This document shows positions 1-9,723 of a DNA stretch of 64,000 bases, in pieces (position 1 is the stretch's first letter; the number at the start of each line of letters is the position of its first letter). The stretch covers positions 29,206 through 93,205 of the forward strand of contig JAVVFV010000004.1 of NCBI GenBank assembly GCA_039889305.1. Reading direction: 5' to 3'. This stretch comes from Candidatus Zestomicrobium tamdykulense (GTDB taxonomy: Archaea; Thermoproteota; Thermoprotei_A; Sulfolobales; NBVN01). The translations under genes were made by a program, and so were the position numbers. The notes beneath the pieces were generated by a model that did no database searches, was not told where the DNA came from, and saw only the letters and a program-made list of their open reading frames with translations.

Positions 1-555
1 AAGTATCTTCCTAGCATCAGGTGTTGCATACATGCTTACACTGCCGACACCTATCATCTCGCCAGCCTCCATGACAGTTTCTTGCAGTATGTCCTGTATC
101 TCGCCTAGCTCTATACCTATTTCGGGTAGTGTGTTCTTTATTGCTTCTCTTACATCCTTAACTACTCCTACTACGGGGCCTAGGTATGCAGCTACCTCAC
201 CGATCTCTCTTATTGACTCTATTCTTAAGCCTATCTGCTCCAGAGCTACCTGAACTAGGAAGAGACTCTTAGCAACTTTCCTTAACTCAGCTACTTCGTT
301 TGCATACATTACTGCTCTAGTCTGATCCTTAGACATTAGGGCGTCAACAACTCTCTCAAAGAGTTCTTTGTCCCTGGCCTTAAGTCTATCTAGATAGACC
401 TCAAGCCTTCTAGTCATAGAATTTAGCTTGTAGTTAGCCATAGCAAGCCTGTATCTCAGTGGTTTTTCCTTAACGAATAGCTCCTTGAGATGATCACCTA
501 CGCTCTTCTCCTTCCCCCTCCATGACTTCTCAAACTCCTTAAAGTTCGAACCCAA
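1..555 (-). CDS. cdvB: ESCRT-III/Snf7 cell-division protein, CdvB1/CdvB2-like (3' end runs off the window; not in ORF track)
   Basis: Manual translation from TTG at 555 (GGTGA upstream): MGSNFKEFEKSWRG...KPLRYRLAMANYKL...RDKELFERVV...AVMYANEVAELRKVAK...VALEQIGLRIE...TPDARKIL, open to base 1. Resembles Sulfolobales CdvB1/B2 paralogues. Confidence 0.9.
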   Translation of the reverse strand, partial: MGSNFKEFEKSWRGKEKSVGDHLKELFVKEKPLRYRLAMANYKLNSMTRRLEVYLDRLKARDKELFERVVDALMSKDQTRAVMYANEVAELRKVAKSLFLVQVALEQIGLRIESIREIGEVAAYLGPVVGVVKDVREAIKNTLPEIGIELGEIQDILQETVMEAGEMIGVGSVSMYATPDARKIL

Positions 556-647
556 GTATACTTCACCAACGAATGTCTTAAGACCAAGAAATGCTTTTAA
601 AGTGTCAGGTTCTTTTCATATTCAGAGATTTAGAGGTGGAAATCCTT

Positions 648-1655
648 ATGGAGCTTAATCAATTCCTGAAAGAATATCTTGACTGGACTCAACTAATTGA
701 GGAAGTTGATGTGGTGGAGCCTGTTAATATTGTACCTCTAAAAGAAAGTATTGAAGGATTACTATTAATAGGAATGGGTGGTTCAGGAATAGTTGGGGAC
801 GTAATATACTCACTCTCCTCAGAGATTCTTGAAATACCTGTAACACTAGTTAAGGACTTTCAAGTCCCTAAGTGGGTTGGTAGGGGCTGGTTAGCAGTAG
901 CTGTGAGCTACTCAGGTGATACTGTCGAGACTCTTACATGCCTTAATGAAGTTGTTCGGAGAGGATCTCAAGTAGCTGTAGTGGCTTCAGGTGGTGAGAT
1001 GATTAGATTTGCTGAGAAAATGAAACTCCCTTACGTTGTAGTGCCTCCTGGCAGGACACCAAGATCTTCATTTCCGGCACTCCTGCTAGCAACCTTTAAG
1101 ATACTTAAGAGTTTCGGGATAGATCTAGGTGTTCCGCAGGGGAAGCAATTAACAGAGTTTCTTAAACGTGAAGACCCTTTAAAATTAGGTTACGAGCTTT
1201 CTGAAAGGTTACTGGGTAAGATACCTGTGTTCGTGAGTTCAACTAGGTACTACCCCCTAGCTCTAAGAGCTAAGGACGAATTCAATGAAAACGCTAAAGT
1301 ACCTGCTAAGGTTGAGACATATCCTGAGGGGTTCCACAACGACATAGTTGGTTGGGAAGCGTGGTTCGGGCTCTTCAGTATAGTTATTTTTAGAGAGAAA
1401 AATGATGCGGTCTTGGGATTCCTGAGAGAGACTTTGTTAAGTGCTGGGCTAGAGGTAACGACTTACGAATTAAGTAATGCTTACGTGCAGGAAGTAGTAA
1501 AATGGTCTCAGATAGTAGGTATTGCTTCAGTAGTGTTAGCTACGAAACGTGGTTTAGATCCTAGAGAAACTAAACACATACGTAAATATAAAGAGTTCAT
1601 TAAGCAAAACATATCACTTACTCTGCTAAGCTTATCAAGAGATAGATTGACGTAA
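648..1655 (+). CDS. pgi/pmi: Bifunctional phosphoglucose/phosphomannose isomerase (SIS domains)
   Basis: GMGGSG, SYSGDTVET, EFNENAK and PEGFHNDIVG motifs. Start moved from 591 to ATG 648 after GAGGTGG. Confidence 0.9.
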   Translation: MELNQFLKEYLDWTQLIEEVDVVEPVNIVPLKESIEGLLLIGMGGSGIVGDVIYSLSSEILEIPVTLVKDFQVPKWVGRGWLAVAVSYSGDTVETLTCLNEVVRRGSQVAVVASGGEMIRFAEKMKLPYVVVPPGRTPRSSFPALLLATFKILKSFGIDLGVPQGKQLTEFLKREDPLKLGYELSERLLGKIPVFVSSTRYYPLALRAKDEFNENAKVPAKVETYPEGFHNDIVGWEAWFGLFSIVIFREKNDAVLGFLRETLLSAGLEVTTYELSNAYVQEVVKWSQIVGIASVVLATKRGLDPRETKHIRKYKEFIKQNISLTLLSLSRDRLT

Positions 1656-1719
1656 TATGTTAAAAATTAAAAGAAAAATTTAAAAAGGTCGATTAATCTT
1701 TAATAACGAGGTGAATTTA

Positions 1720-2280
1720 ATGAATGAATTACGTCCTCTAGTTAAGGAAGCCTTACTATCGGCGTATGCTGGAGAGTCCATGGCTCAATCAAGATATAGA
1801 GCTTTCGAGGAGGTGGCTGAAAGGGAAGGATTTAAGAATGTAGCTAGGTTATTTAGAGCTATAGCGTTTGCTGAGCAGGTGCATGCTCGTAATCACTTAA
1901 TGAGGATGGCTTCCGTAATGTCTGACCAGAAAGCTTGTGGTGGTGCTCCGATAGGGCTTGGTAACACGTCTCAGAATCTTGCTTTAGCGATTACGGGTGA
2001 AGAATTTGAAGTAAAGGAAATGTACCCTACGTATATAGCGATTGCGGAGTTCCACAAGGATGGGTCAGCAGAGAAAACCTTTAGATGGGCACTAGAAGCT
2101 GAGAAAATACATGCTGAGTTATACAGGAAGGCTAAGGAGCACGTGGACAAAGGAGAGGATATGCCTCTAGAAGATAAAGTATGGATATGCCCAGTATGCG
2201 GGCACACACACGTAGGTCCTGAAGCACCGGAAAAATGCCCAGTATGCGGGGTCCCTCGAAATAAGTATATTGGCTTTTAG
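1720..2280 (+). CDS. rbr: Rubrerythrin
   Basis: AYAGESMA, EQVHA, EEFE, EKIHA di-iron ligands and C-terminal CPVCG...CPVCG rubredoxin domain. ATG 1720 follows GAGGTGA. Confidence 0.92.
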   Translation: MNELRPLVKEALLSAYAGESMAQSRYRAFEEVAEREGFKNVARLFRAIAFAEQVHARNHLMRMASVMSDQKACGGAPIGLGNTSQNLALAITGEEFEVKEMYPTYIAIAEFHKDGSAEKTFRWALEAEKIHAELYRKAKEHVDKGEDMPLEDKVWICPVCGHTHVGPEAPEKCPVCGVPRNKYIGF

Positions 2281-2340
2281 CATAATAAGACCAAAATCTC
2301 TAACTTATTATTCTTGTTACTACTTTTGGAAAGGATTAAG

Positions 2341-3135
2341 ATGTTGCTAGCTAACTGGAGACTCGTTAGGGAGCTCTTAGAAACTGTTGATGTTGCTCTA
2401 GAAGTAGTTGATGTTAGAGACCCCCTAACTACTAGGAACAAAAGATTTGAGAGGCTTTGTAGTGAGTTAAGAACTAAGTACGTTGTAGTACTGAATAAAT
2501 CTGATCTTGTGCCACGTGATGTGGTGCGTGCTTGGGTTAAGTACTTTGAAGAATTTGAGGGTGTGAGAGCAGTACCTATCTCAGCACAGAAGAGGTTAGG
2601 CACACTTAAACTAAGAAAAATTATTAGGAGACTTAGCGATAAGAAACCATTAATAGTTGGGGTTTTCGGCATACCTAAGGTAGGTAAGTCAACACTCATT
2701 AATACTTGGGCAGGCAGACACGCAACTAGGACATCCCCCTACCCAGGAACACCCGGCTACACGAAGAAAGCTCAGCTATTCAATGTTGGTGGAGGAATCT
2801 ACTTACTTGATACCCCAGGTATAATACCTGCGGAGGAGGATGAAGTGCAAGTAGATATAAGGATGAACCCAGTAGACGTCATAAGAAATCCTGTTGCTAC
2901 CGCCGCAGGACTGATAAAGAAAATAACAACACATAACCCTAAAGCATTTAAAGAAGCTTACGGAATTGATAGTTCTGATCCTGACACCATATTGCGGGAG
3001 CTAGCCCTCAGGAGAGGATGGGTATATAAGAGCGATAAAGAACCCATAATCACTGAATCAGCGAAGCTAATTATTAGGGACTACCTAGATGGGAAAATAA
3101 GATTCTATGTCTTGCCTCCAAGAAAATCACCTTAA
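2341..3135 (+). CDS. YlqF/RbgA-family circularly permuted GTPase
   Basis: NKSD (G4) precedes GIPKVGKS (G1) and DTPG (G3). Confidence 0.9.
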   Translation: MLLANWRLVRELLETVDVALEVVDVRDPLTTRNKRFERLCSELRTKYVVVLNKSDLVPRDVVRAWVKYFEEFEGVRAVPISAQKRLGTLKLRKIIRRLSDKKPLIVGVFGIPKVGKSTLINTWAGRHATRTSPYPGTPGYTKKAQLFNVGGGIYLLDTPGIIPAEEDEVQVDIRMNPVDVIRNPVATAAGLIKKITTHNPKAFKEAYGIDSSDPDTILRELALRRGWVYKSDKEPIITESAKLIIRDYLDGKIRFYVLPPRKSP

Positions 3136-3168
3136 AATCTGTGTTGCCGGCTACCGAGGTTGGTCGTA

Positions 3169-4437
3169 CTAGCTCTCAACAATCCTTAGTATGGTGTTTT
3201 TATCTAACGTACTTACTGTTAGGTATTTCTCACTCAATATCTTTAAGTCTTTGTTGTCTCCCTGTATCATGACAGAGAATAGTCTTGCGTTAGCTTGCTT
3301 TAATTTTCTTTTTAAGGTGGTCACAGAAAGAGTGTCTTCACCATCCGTTATAACTACTATGTCGGAGTCTCTCTTAACTAAGCCACTACCAATTATGTCG
3401 TCACAAGCAGTTGTTATAGCTTTAGTTATGTCTGTCCCGCCACCATTCTTAACTCTGGCTAGATTCCTGATGAGATTTAAGAATTCTGCGAAGCTTGCTT
3501 TTCTAGAAATTCTTATTAGGTCGTGTGGAGCACCATCAAAGAATCTCATATAAAACTCACGTACTTCCCTTCTTGACTTTATGAGTAACGCTATAGCGGT
3601 TGCTTTAGCCCACTCTATTTTTTCACCCTCCATACTGCCTGACTTATCCGTAAGTAGGTAGAGAGGACCTAAAGATTTACTAATTTTCTTATCGTAAAGC
3701 AGGAGTTTGGATTCAGCGTAACTCAGTAGGAGGTACCTACGGGGGAATGCTAACTGAGTAGGAACTAACCTCTCTAGATCACTGCCTAAATCATAGCCGT
3801 TAAATTCTCCTCTATTGAATTTCTCGTACTTCTTTCTAGTTTTCCTAACAACATCAGGTATTAATGAAAGAACTTCTAAAATCTTACTAACGTCGGTCAT
3901 CTTAGCTAGCCTCAAAACCTTCTCAGCATCTTCCTCTAAATCAAACTCACTCCCAACACCTGGCTTAATCCCTGTCGTATATAGGCGTTCAATCTTCTTC
4001 ATAGTTTCAACTTCTCGTGTTACATTCTTTAGAGAGTCTCTTAGAATAGACTTTAAAACCTCATTTTGTGATTCTCTTAACTTCCTCACGTTAAAGAGTT
4101 CTTTCTTTTCTTCGAGGAATTCTGCAAAGTACTGAAGGATAGCGATGGTTGCGAGGGTTGATATGAAAGAATCTAATATTGTATGCTTTTTAATCTTCAG
4201 TAATTCCTCAGACTCATTCAATGTCTTGACTAAGTTGTAGTGCAGGTTATTTATCTCGGGACGCTTCTCAATTAAGGCGTGAGGTAGGTAGAGAGTATAG
4301 AAGAAGTCTGTTACTAACTCAGCAGTAATGAATTCTTTCTTTAGACCTAGTCTAGACGAGAGCTTAACTATCTTCTCTCCTCTATACCGGATGACAGGGT
4401 CTTCGTAATTAACTCCTAACAGAAAACCTCTACTCAA
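3169..4437 (-). CDS. VWA-domain protein (ViaA/CoxE-like partner of MoxR ATPase)
   Basis: MIDAS DKSGS, NGGGTD and ITDGED motifs; overlaps the end of the upstream MoxR gene. Confidence 0.88.
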   Translation of the reverse strand: MSRGFLLGVNYEDPVIRYRGEKIVKLSSRLGLKKEFITAELVTDFFYTLYLPHALIEKRPEINNLHYNLVKTLNESEELLKIKKHTILDSFISTLATIAILQYFAEFLEEKKELFNVRKLRESQNEVLKSILRDSLKNVTREVETMKKIERLYTTGIKPGVGSEFDLEEDAEKVLRLAKMTDVSKILEVLSLIPDVVRKTRKKYEKFNRGEFNGYDLGSDLERLVPTQLAFPRRYLLLSYAESKLLLYDKKISKSLGPLYLLTDKSGSMEGEKIEWAKATAIALLIKSRREVREFYMRFFDGAPHDLIRISRKASFAEFLNLIRNLARVKNGGGTDITKAITTACDDIIGSGLVKRDSDIVVITDGEDTLSVTTLKRKLKQANARLFSVMIQGDNKDLKILSEKYLTVSTLDKNTILRIVES

Positions 4438-6688
4438 ATCGACTAACCCTCCTGTTAACGATCTCCATGATGCTGTTTATTAGGTGCAGTACCTCCTCAC
4501 TCAGTCTGAGAACCTGAGGATCTTGAGATTCCCTAATCATGTTGATTACCTTAGCTTTAGTTATTTCTAGCTCCCTAACAATATTCTCGAACTTAGCTGT
4601 AACAAAGGAGCTCTCTATACCTTCTAAAGACCTCACGTACTGATGTAATTCTCTTAAGTTAGCTCTTATCTCACTTAACTCCCTCACGTACTTGAAAGGA
4701 GTCTTTAGCTCCTCCGCTAAGACTGCATTAACCTTCTCTATATCGTCCCAGTCCCTCACAGCTAAGTACTTAATTGAGAGTAGGTCTTCCTCTGTCGCGT
4801 ACATCCTGCCACTCAATATAGCGTTTGCTGCCACGACCTTCAAAGACTTACCTTTACGTCTATCAGTTAAGTGAACACCTCTACTCTCTAGTGCGGCTAA
4901 GAGTCTTAGTAGCTTACTTTCAATACTGCTTAAATCTACCTCAAATAATCTCTCATTAATCTTCCTGATTTCTTCTATGCTGAGTATCCTATCGCTGTCT
5001 CCACTCTTAAGACTTAATGAAGCCTGCTTCTCTAGCTCCCAAGAAGCTCTTAATAAATTCCTCCATAAGTCTTCTTGAACAGGTCTAACGAAATGTCTTA
5101 GTAAGAACCTATCATAAACAGATTGAATCTCAGGGTCCTCAGGTACCTCGTTACTAGCACCGAAAAGAGTCCACAAATTAACTCTCAATTCTGTGAACCC
5201 ATCATAGAGTATCCTTTCTTGGAGGAGAGTATTAAGAGCGTTCAAGATAGCTGAGTTAGCCTTAAATATCTCGTCTAAGAAAGCTATCTGAGCGTCAGGT
5301 AATTTACCTACAGTCAACCTAACGTATTTCCCTTCCTCAAGCGCTCTAATATCTAGGGGCCCGAAAAGCTCTGAGGGCTCGGTATACCTAGTCAGTAAGT
5401 ACTTGAAGAACCTGGCATTAAGAAGTTCAGCAGCTCTCCTCACCAGAGCTGATTTAGCTGTGTTATGCGATAATAATCCGTTAGTAAAGAATGCGTGTGT
5501 TCCGGGCACGTGGAAGTCGTAGACTCTCACCCAACCCTTAACTCGCCTTACTAACTTAACAGCATCCCAACTAAGATTGGTTGAGTGGTCTTCACCTAAC
5601 TCGGCAGACTTAATTAATGAAGCAAGTCTGCGCTTCTTGCTTTCTGACACGAAACCTATCTTAGCTGAGAATTTCCTTAAGTTGTTCTCACCCTCTATCA
5701 CGAGCTCGTGAGACTCGCAAGTACTTAAGCCCTCACTACAATCGAGAATAGTTGATAAGATGCCACTACGTAACAGCAGCATCTGGATCCCTTCTAGAAA
5801 CACCCTACTCCTACTTCTCAAGACTAGGCGGGGACTCTCCCCATCCACTATTAAGTCAGTACTCTCGAAAACTCCTCTTAGGAAAGCCTCAGACACAATA
5901 TTAGGTGATGAGAGAACTAGTCTCGGTACACGATTATTTACGGAATCGACGAGCAACCTAAGTAACTTGGTTAGGTATGTAGAAACACACACAATCATCC
6001 GTCCATCCATGGAATCAACCGAGCATGCTTCCGGACCTGAAATCTCCTCAATTAAATCAGTTAATTTCTGAAGTAGCTCGTTCTCATTGTTCCTCTTCTC
6101 TAAACCTATTGATTCACTACTTAGGAAGTAACCGCGAGTAGAGAAAATACCTAGTAATTCAGCGATTTTCTCGTTTAAGACCTTACTAATCTTACGATTA
6201 AACTTCACAATGAGATGCTCTATGCTAGGTATAGGTACTTGGTAGGAAGGTGAAGGCAACTTACTCAGAATCCTTACTTCATCACCTTCCCTGAGATTTC
6301 TTAACTCAACCCAGCCTCGACTAGTCATTACCGGGTGGTTAGCGGTCCCCCTTATCCTGAAACCTCTCTTAGTTACGATTTCGTAAGTCTCCCACACATC
6401 ATACACGTGGAGTTCAGTAGCCTTGCTTGGGGGGAAGATAGGGAGCTCTGTTGTATAGATTCCTGGAGGTAGATCCTTAGCTATGTCTCCTACATAGGAT
6501 AGTTTTCCGTCCTCAAAAGACACTATAGTATCTTCCGTGACACAACCAGGTTCTCCGATGAGGATTGCGTGCTCTCCTGTGAGTAAGGCAAGAACTACTA
6601 CCCTAGACTCCTCATCCCTACCTACGAAGGGCTTTCTCAGCTCTTCCTCAAACTTCTGGATCCTAGTGATTAGCTCGTCTATCTTCAA
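4430..6688 (-). CDS. MoxR/RavA-like AAA+ ATPase, intein-containing
   Basis: Walker A GEPG|TAKS split by a 361-aa insert; ELFGP, FLDEIFKANSAIL, GASNE and YDRF motifs. Confidence 0.9.
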   Translation of the reverse strand: MKIDELITRIQKFEEELRKPFVGRDEESRVVVLALLTGEHAILIGEPGCVTEDTIVSFEDGKLSYVGDIAKDLPPGIYTTELPIFPPSKATELHVYDVWETYEIVTKRGFRIRGTANHPVMTSRGWVELRNLREGDEVRILSKLPSPSYQVPIPSIEHLIVKFNRKISKVLNEKIAELLGIFSTRGYFLSSESIGLEKRNNENELLQKLTDLIEEISGPEACSVDSMDGRMIVCVSTYLTKLLRLLVDSVNNRVPRLVLSSPNIVSEAFLRGVFESTDLIVDGESPRLVLRSRSRVFLEGIQMLLLRSGILSTILDCSEGLSTCESHELVIEGENNLRKFSAKIGFVSESKKRRLASLIKSAELGEDHSTNLSWDAVKLVRRVKGWVRVYDFHVPGTHAFFTNGLLSHNTAKSALVRRAAELLNARFFKYLLTRYTEPSELFGPLDIRALEEGKYVRLTVGKLPDAQIAFLDEIFKANSAILNALNTLLQERILYDGFTELRVNLWTLFGASNEVPEDPEIQSVYDRFLLRHFVRPVQEDLWRNLLRASWELEKQASLSLKSGDSDRILSIEEIRKINERLFEVDLSSIESKLLRLLAALESRGVHLTDRRKGKSLKVVAANAILSGRMYATEEDLLSIKYLAVRDWDDIEKVNAVLAEELKTPFKYVRELSEIRANLRELHQYVRSLEGIESSFVTAKFENIVRELEITKAKVINMIRESQDPQVLRLSEEVLHLINSIMEIVNRRVSRFE
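5462..6544 (-). mobile_element. Intein (361 aa) with degenerate LAGLIDADG endonuclease domain
   Basis: Starts CVTEDT, block B GTANHPV, ends YDFHVPGTHAFFTNGLLSHN followed by +1 Thr. Endonuclease-like blocks ELLGIFSTRG and FLRGVFESTD. Confidence 0.93.
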
Positions 6689-6773
6689 GACCTCAGCATC
6701 TCCATATTAAACTACAGCATGAGACTGAATAAATTAGTGTGTTTGTAATTCACGCTAAGTTGCTTGGAATGCT

Positions 6774-7154
6774 TTACGGCTTAATCGCTGGTTTCCCGTT
6801 TGCGCACATACATACCTCATAGTTTAAAGACTTGATAATTTGATCTGTTAGACCTTCTCTTCTTAAGATGAAACAGAAGTCGCATGTTAAGTCGCTGAAA
6901 CTAGTTTTTCTTGCTGCTAACTCTCCAGCTTTTTTATCTAGCAAATCTTTAAGTTGCGGTATGCTGACTAGCTTCTCCAACATTTTTGGTTTTCTTCTTT
7001 TATTCACTACGTAGTTAACGAGTGGCTGTGAAATGCTCAACATACGTGATACTTCTAGCTGAGTTAAGCCGTAATCACGTACTAGTTTCTCAGCTAAGTA
7101 GAGCCTGAGTGAAGGAAGCACGTCCCTAACATAGACCTCACAGTAGGACCTCAC
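6774..7154 (-). CDS. HTH transcriptional regulator (COG2522-like) with Cys cluster
   Basis: MRSYCE, GLTQLEVSRMLSISQPLVNYVV HTH, CDFC; divergent from the MFS gene. Confidence 0.75.
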   Translation of the reverse strand: MRSYCEVYVRDVLPSLRLYLAEKLVRDYGLTQLEVSRMLSISQPLVNYVVNKRRKPKMLEKLVSIPQLKDLLDKKAGELAARKTSFSDLTCDFCFILRREGLTDQIIKSLNYEVCMCANGKPAIKP

Positions 7155-7348
7155 CTAACCACCAATAACTAAATTATTATCTAGACTTATATATATGGTA
7201 TGAATACACCCAAATATAGTTTCCTCGATGTGAGGTGGGTTTCTAGTGTTGTTAGACCCTACAATTACTCACGGACTCGTAAAGAAATCTTCGTTCATGA
7301 AAGAACTTAAATAGGTAAGGATGGTTATCCAGGAACGAGTAATCGGGT

Positions 7349-8563
7349 GTGCAGCTATTGAGAGCTAAGTTAGGTGGAGTAGGGTCGCGAGGCTTTTTAC
7401 TAGTTATACTTTTGGTTTTTTACGTGATGACGTACTTTCATAGAGTTATGACTGGAGTTATGAAGTCGGAGATTGATCATATAGCACTTAAGAATAATAT
7501 CGATCTAGACTTACTACTTGCAGTTCTTACGTCAGCATATTTCTATGCTTACACGTTAGCTCAACTCTTTATAGGAGTGCTGCTAGATTCTTTCGGGATT
7601 AAGAGAATAGGATCTTTATTCGCTATCATAATGTTTGCTGGAATTTTTATGATGTATTTCATGAGTCCTCAATCCTTAATTTTAGGGAGAGCTATCGTGG
7701 GTTTCTCGTGTGCAGCAGCTTTTCTAGCATATCAGAGAGCAACCTCACTAAGCTACAGTAGAGAGATGCAGGGGAGGTTAACATCGTATGCGTTGGTGGT
7801 GGGTAACTTGAGCGCAATGGTAGCTACTTATCCGTTAAGACTTGCGCTGAATGCTGCAGGACTGAAAACACTCCTAGAATTAATGATGATTGCAACACTA
7901 GTAGTTGCTGCACTCCTTTATCTCACCACCAAAGATTCCGGTACGAGTATGCAGGGCGGTAAACTAGTAGAAACGTTAAGTCATTTCAGGCACTTAGTGA
8001 GAGATCCGCATATGTGGGGGCTTAGCGCTGCGTCTATAGCGACGTACGGGACCACACTAGCTTACCAATCTACTTGGGGACAAAAATTATTAACAGGTCC
8101 TTTCAGGTTGAGTCTTGAGGTGAGTAGTCAGTACTTACTAGTTCTCGCACTAACATTCACACTGGCATCGCCGGTAGCCGGCTTCTTAAGTGATAGAGTG
8201 CTGGTTCGCAGAAAACCAGTAATAACTCTAGCTGTACTAACCTCCACAGCTTCATGGTCCTTAATGCTCTACGCTACCAAAGCAACCAGTACTGAGGTCC
8301 TAAGCGCTTCATTAGTCTTGCTAGGTATTGCTTCAGGATTTCATATAGTGGCACCACCGATGGCTAAAGAAGGCTACGACGCAAAATATTCCGCGACCTC
8401 AGTAGCTTTATTCAACATGATACTCTTTTCTGCAACAGCAATAATTCAGACAATATCAACTCTACTAGATCCCTACTACTCAATAATAATTCAGTTAATA
8501 GTGGCGATAGCTGGCACAGCACTAGTAACGATATTCGCGCGCGAAACATTAAAGAGAAACTAA
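7349..8563 (+). CDS. MFS transporter
   Basis: About 12 hydrophobic helices, GVLLDSFGIKR motif A and GFLSDR repeat. Confidence 0.88.
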   Translation: MQLLRAKLGGVGSRGFLLVILLVFYVMTYFHRVMTGVMKSEIDHIALKNNIDLDLLLAVLTSAYFYAYTLAQLFIGVLLDSFGIKRIGSLFAIIMFAGIFMMYFMSPQSLILGRAIVGFSCAAAFLAYQRATSLSYSREMQGRLTSYALVVGNLSAMVATYPLRLALNAAGLKTLLELMMIATLVVAALLYLTTKDSGTSMQGGKLVETLSHFRHLVRDPHMWGLSAASIATYGTTLAYQSTWGQKLLTGPFRLSLEVSSQYLLVLALTFTLASPVAGFLSDRVLVRRKPVITLAVLTSTASWSLMLYATKATSTEVLSASLVLLGIASGFHIVAPPMAKEGYDAKYSATSVALFNMILFSATAIIQTISTLLDPYYSIIIQLIVAIAGTALVTIFARETLKRN

Positions 8564-8600
8564 CTTATGGTAATGACCTTAACTTAATTAGTTGTTTTAG

Positions 8601-8674
8601 TGGGGCCGCGGGGATTTGAACCCCGGACCACGGGGACCCGAACCCCGCATTCTACCAAGCTAAACTACGGCCCC
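8601..8674 (-). tRNA. tRNA-Pro(CGG), no intron, CCA not encoded
   Basis: GGGGCCG/CGGCCCC acceptor stem, CGGGG-TTCGGGT-CCCCG anticodon arm, GGTTCAAATCC T-arm. Confidence 0.96.
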
Positions 8675-8799
8675 GAACAATAAAAACCAAAGGAGAATAT
8701 AAAAAATTAAGAGTACCCTGGTTTTAAAGTGTGTTATTGAGGAACTACACTTATCATGAAAGCTTTATGCGTTGAATGTTTTACTGAATTAAGATTGCT

Positions 8800-9723
8800 T
8801 TATTTTTTGTGAGCTAGTCCAACTAAGTCTTTGATTCTTGTGTAGCCTAACTCATTAACCCATTCTTTTAGTCCTTTTAGTACTGAATCCACTAGTTCTT
8901 TAGGTTTTGTTGAGAGCGCTGAACCTATTTGGAGTGCTTTAGCACCAGCCAATATTAATTCTGCTGCCGAGATCCAGTCAACTATCCCCCCAACCCCTAC
9001 TATCTCTGGTTCGTATTCTTTGTAGACATCATAAACAATCTTGACAGCTATTGGATGTATTGGAGGTCCTGACATTCCCCCGAAAACATTGGTGAGTATT
9101 GGTTTTGCCGTATATACGTCTATGACCATAGCTTTAACAGTATTGATTAGTGTTAATGCTTTAGCACCTCCTTCAAGCGCTTTACCAGACGACTTAACAT
9201 AGTTGTCGCTTAGGCCTAATTTAGCTATTACTGGGGTGCTGCTTAAGGAGCTTACTGCCTTAACGACTTCGTAAACGTTTGTGGGGTCACTCCCGATATC
9301 GAGTCCGTAGCCTCTTGTGTGGGGGCAGCTGAGATTTAATTCAAGCATATCTGCGCCTGAATCGAGAGCAACTGTTGAGACTTTGACGAATTCTTCTAGA
9401 CTTGAGCCGCCAACACTAACTATGGTTACTAACTCTAACTCCTTACCCCTCCTCACTACTTGAGGCAGTAACTCAATACCTGGGTTAGCTAAGCCTACAG
9501 CATTTATGTATCCGCAGTTCCTAAGCTTAAATATTATTGGTGGTCCATAACCCTCTCTCGGCTTCTCAGTAAATGTTTTAGTTACTATGGCTGCTAAACC
9601 GTAGCTAGCTAACCTAGTTATGTGTTCCGGAGTAGCTCCAAGAATACCGCTAGCATTCATTAGAACGTGCTTAAGCCTTACCCCAGCTAAGACAATACTT
9701 AAGTCTACATCACGACCTGAGAT
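8800..9723 (-). CDS. pyrD: Dihydroorotate dehydrogenase family 1B catalytic subunit (start uncertain; track start 9660 truncates the conserved N-terminus)
   Basis: MNASG, NAVGLANPG, ELNLSCPH, LTLINT, GGMSG and GVGGI motifs. Frame is open upstream to ATC at 9723 (ISGRDVDLSIVLAGVRLKHVL). Confidence 0.9.
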   Translation of the reverse strand: MSGRDVDLSIVLAGVRLKHVLMNASGILGATPEHITRLASYGLAAIVTKTFTEKPREGYGPPIIFKLRNCGYINAVGLANPGIELLPQVVRRGKELELVTIVSVGGSSLEEFVKVSTVALDSGADMLELNLSCPHTRGYGLDIGSDPTNVYEVVKAVSSLSSTPVIAKLGLSDNYVKSSGKALEGGAKALTLINTVKAMVIDVYTAKPILTNVFGGMSGPPIHPIAVKIVYDVYKEYEPEIVGVGGIVDWISAAELILAGAKALQIGSALSTKPKELVDSVLKGLKEWVNELGYTRIKDLVGLAHKK

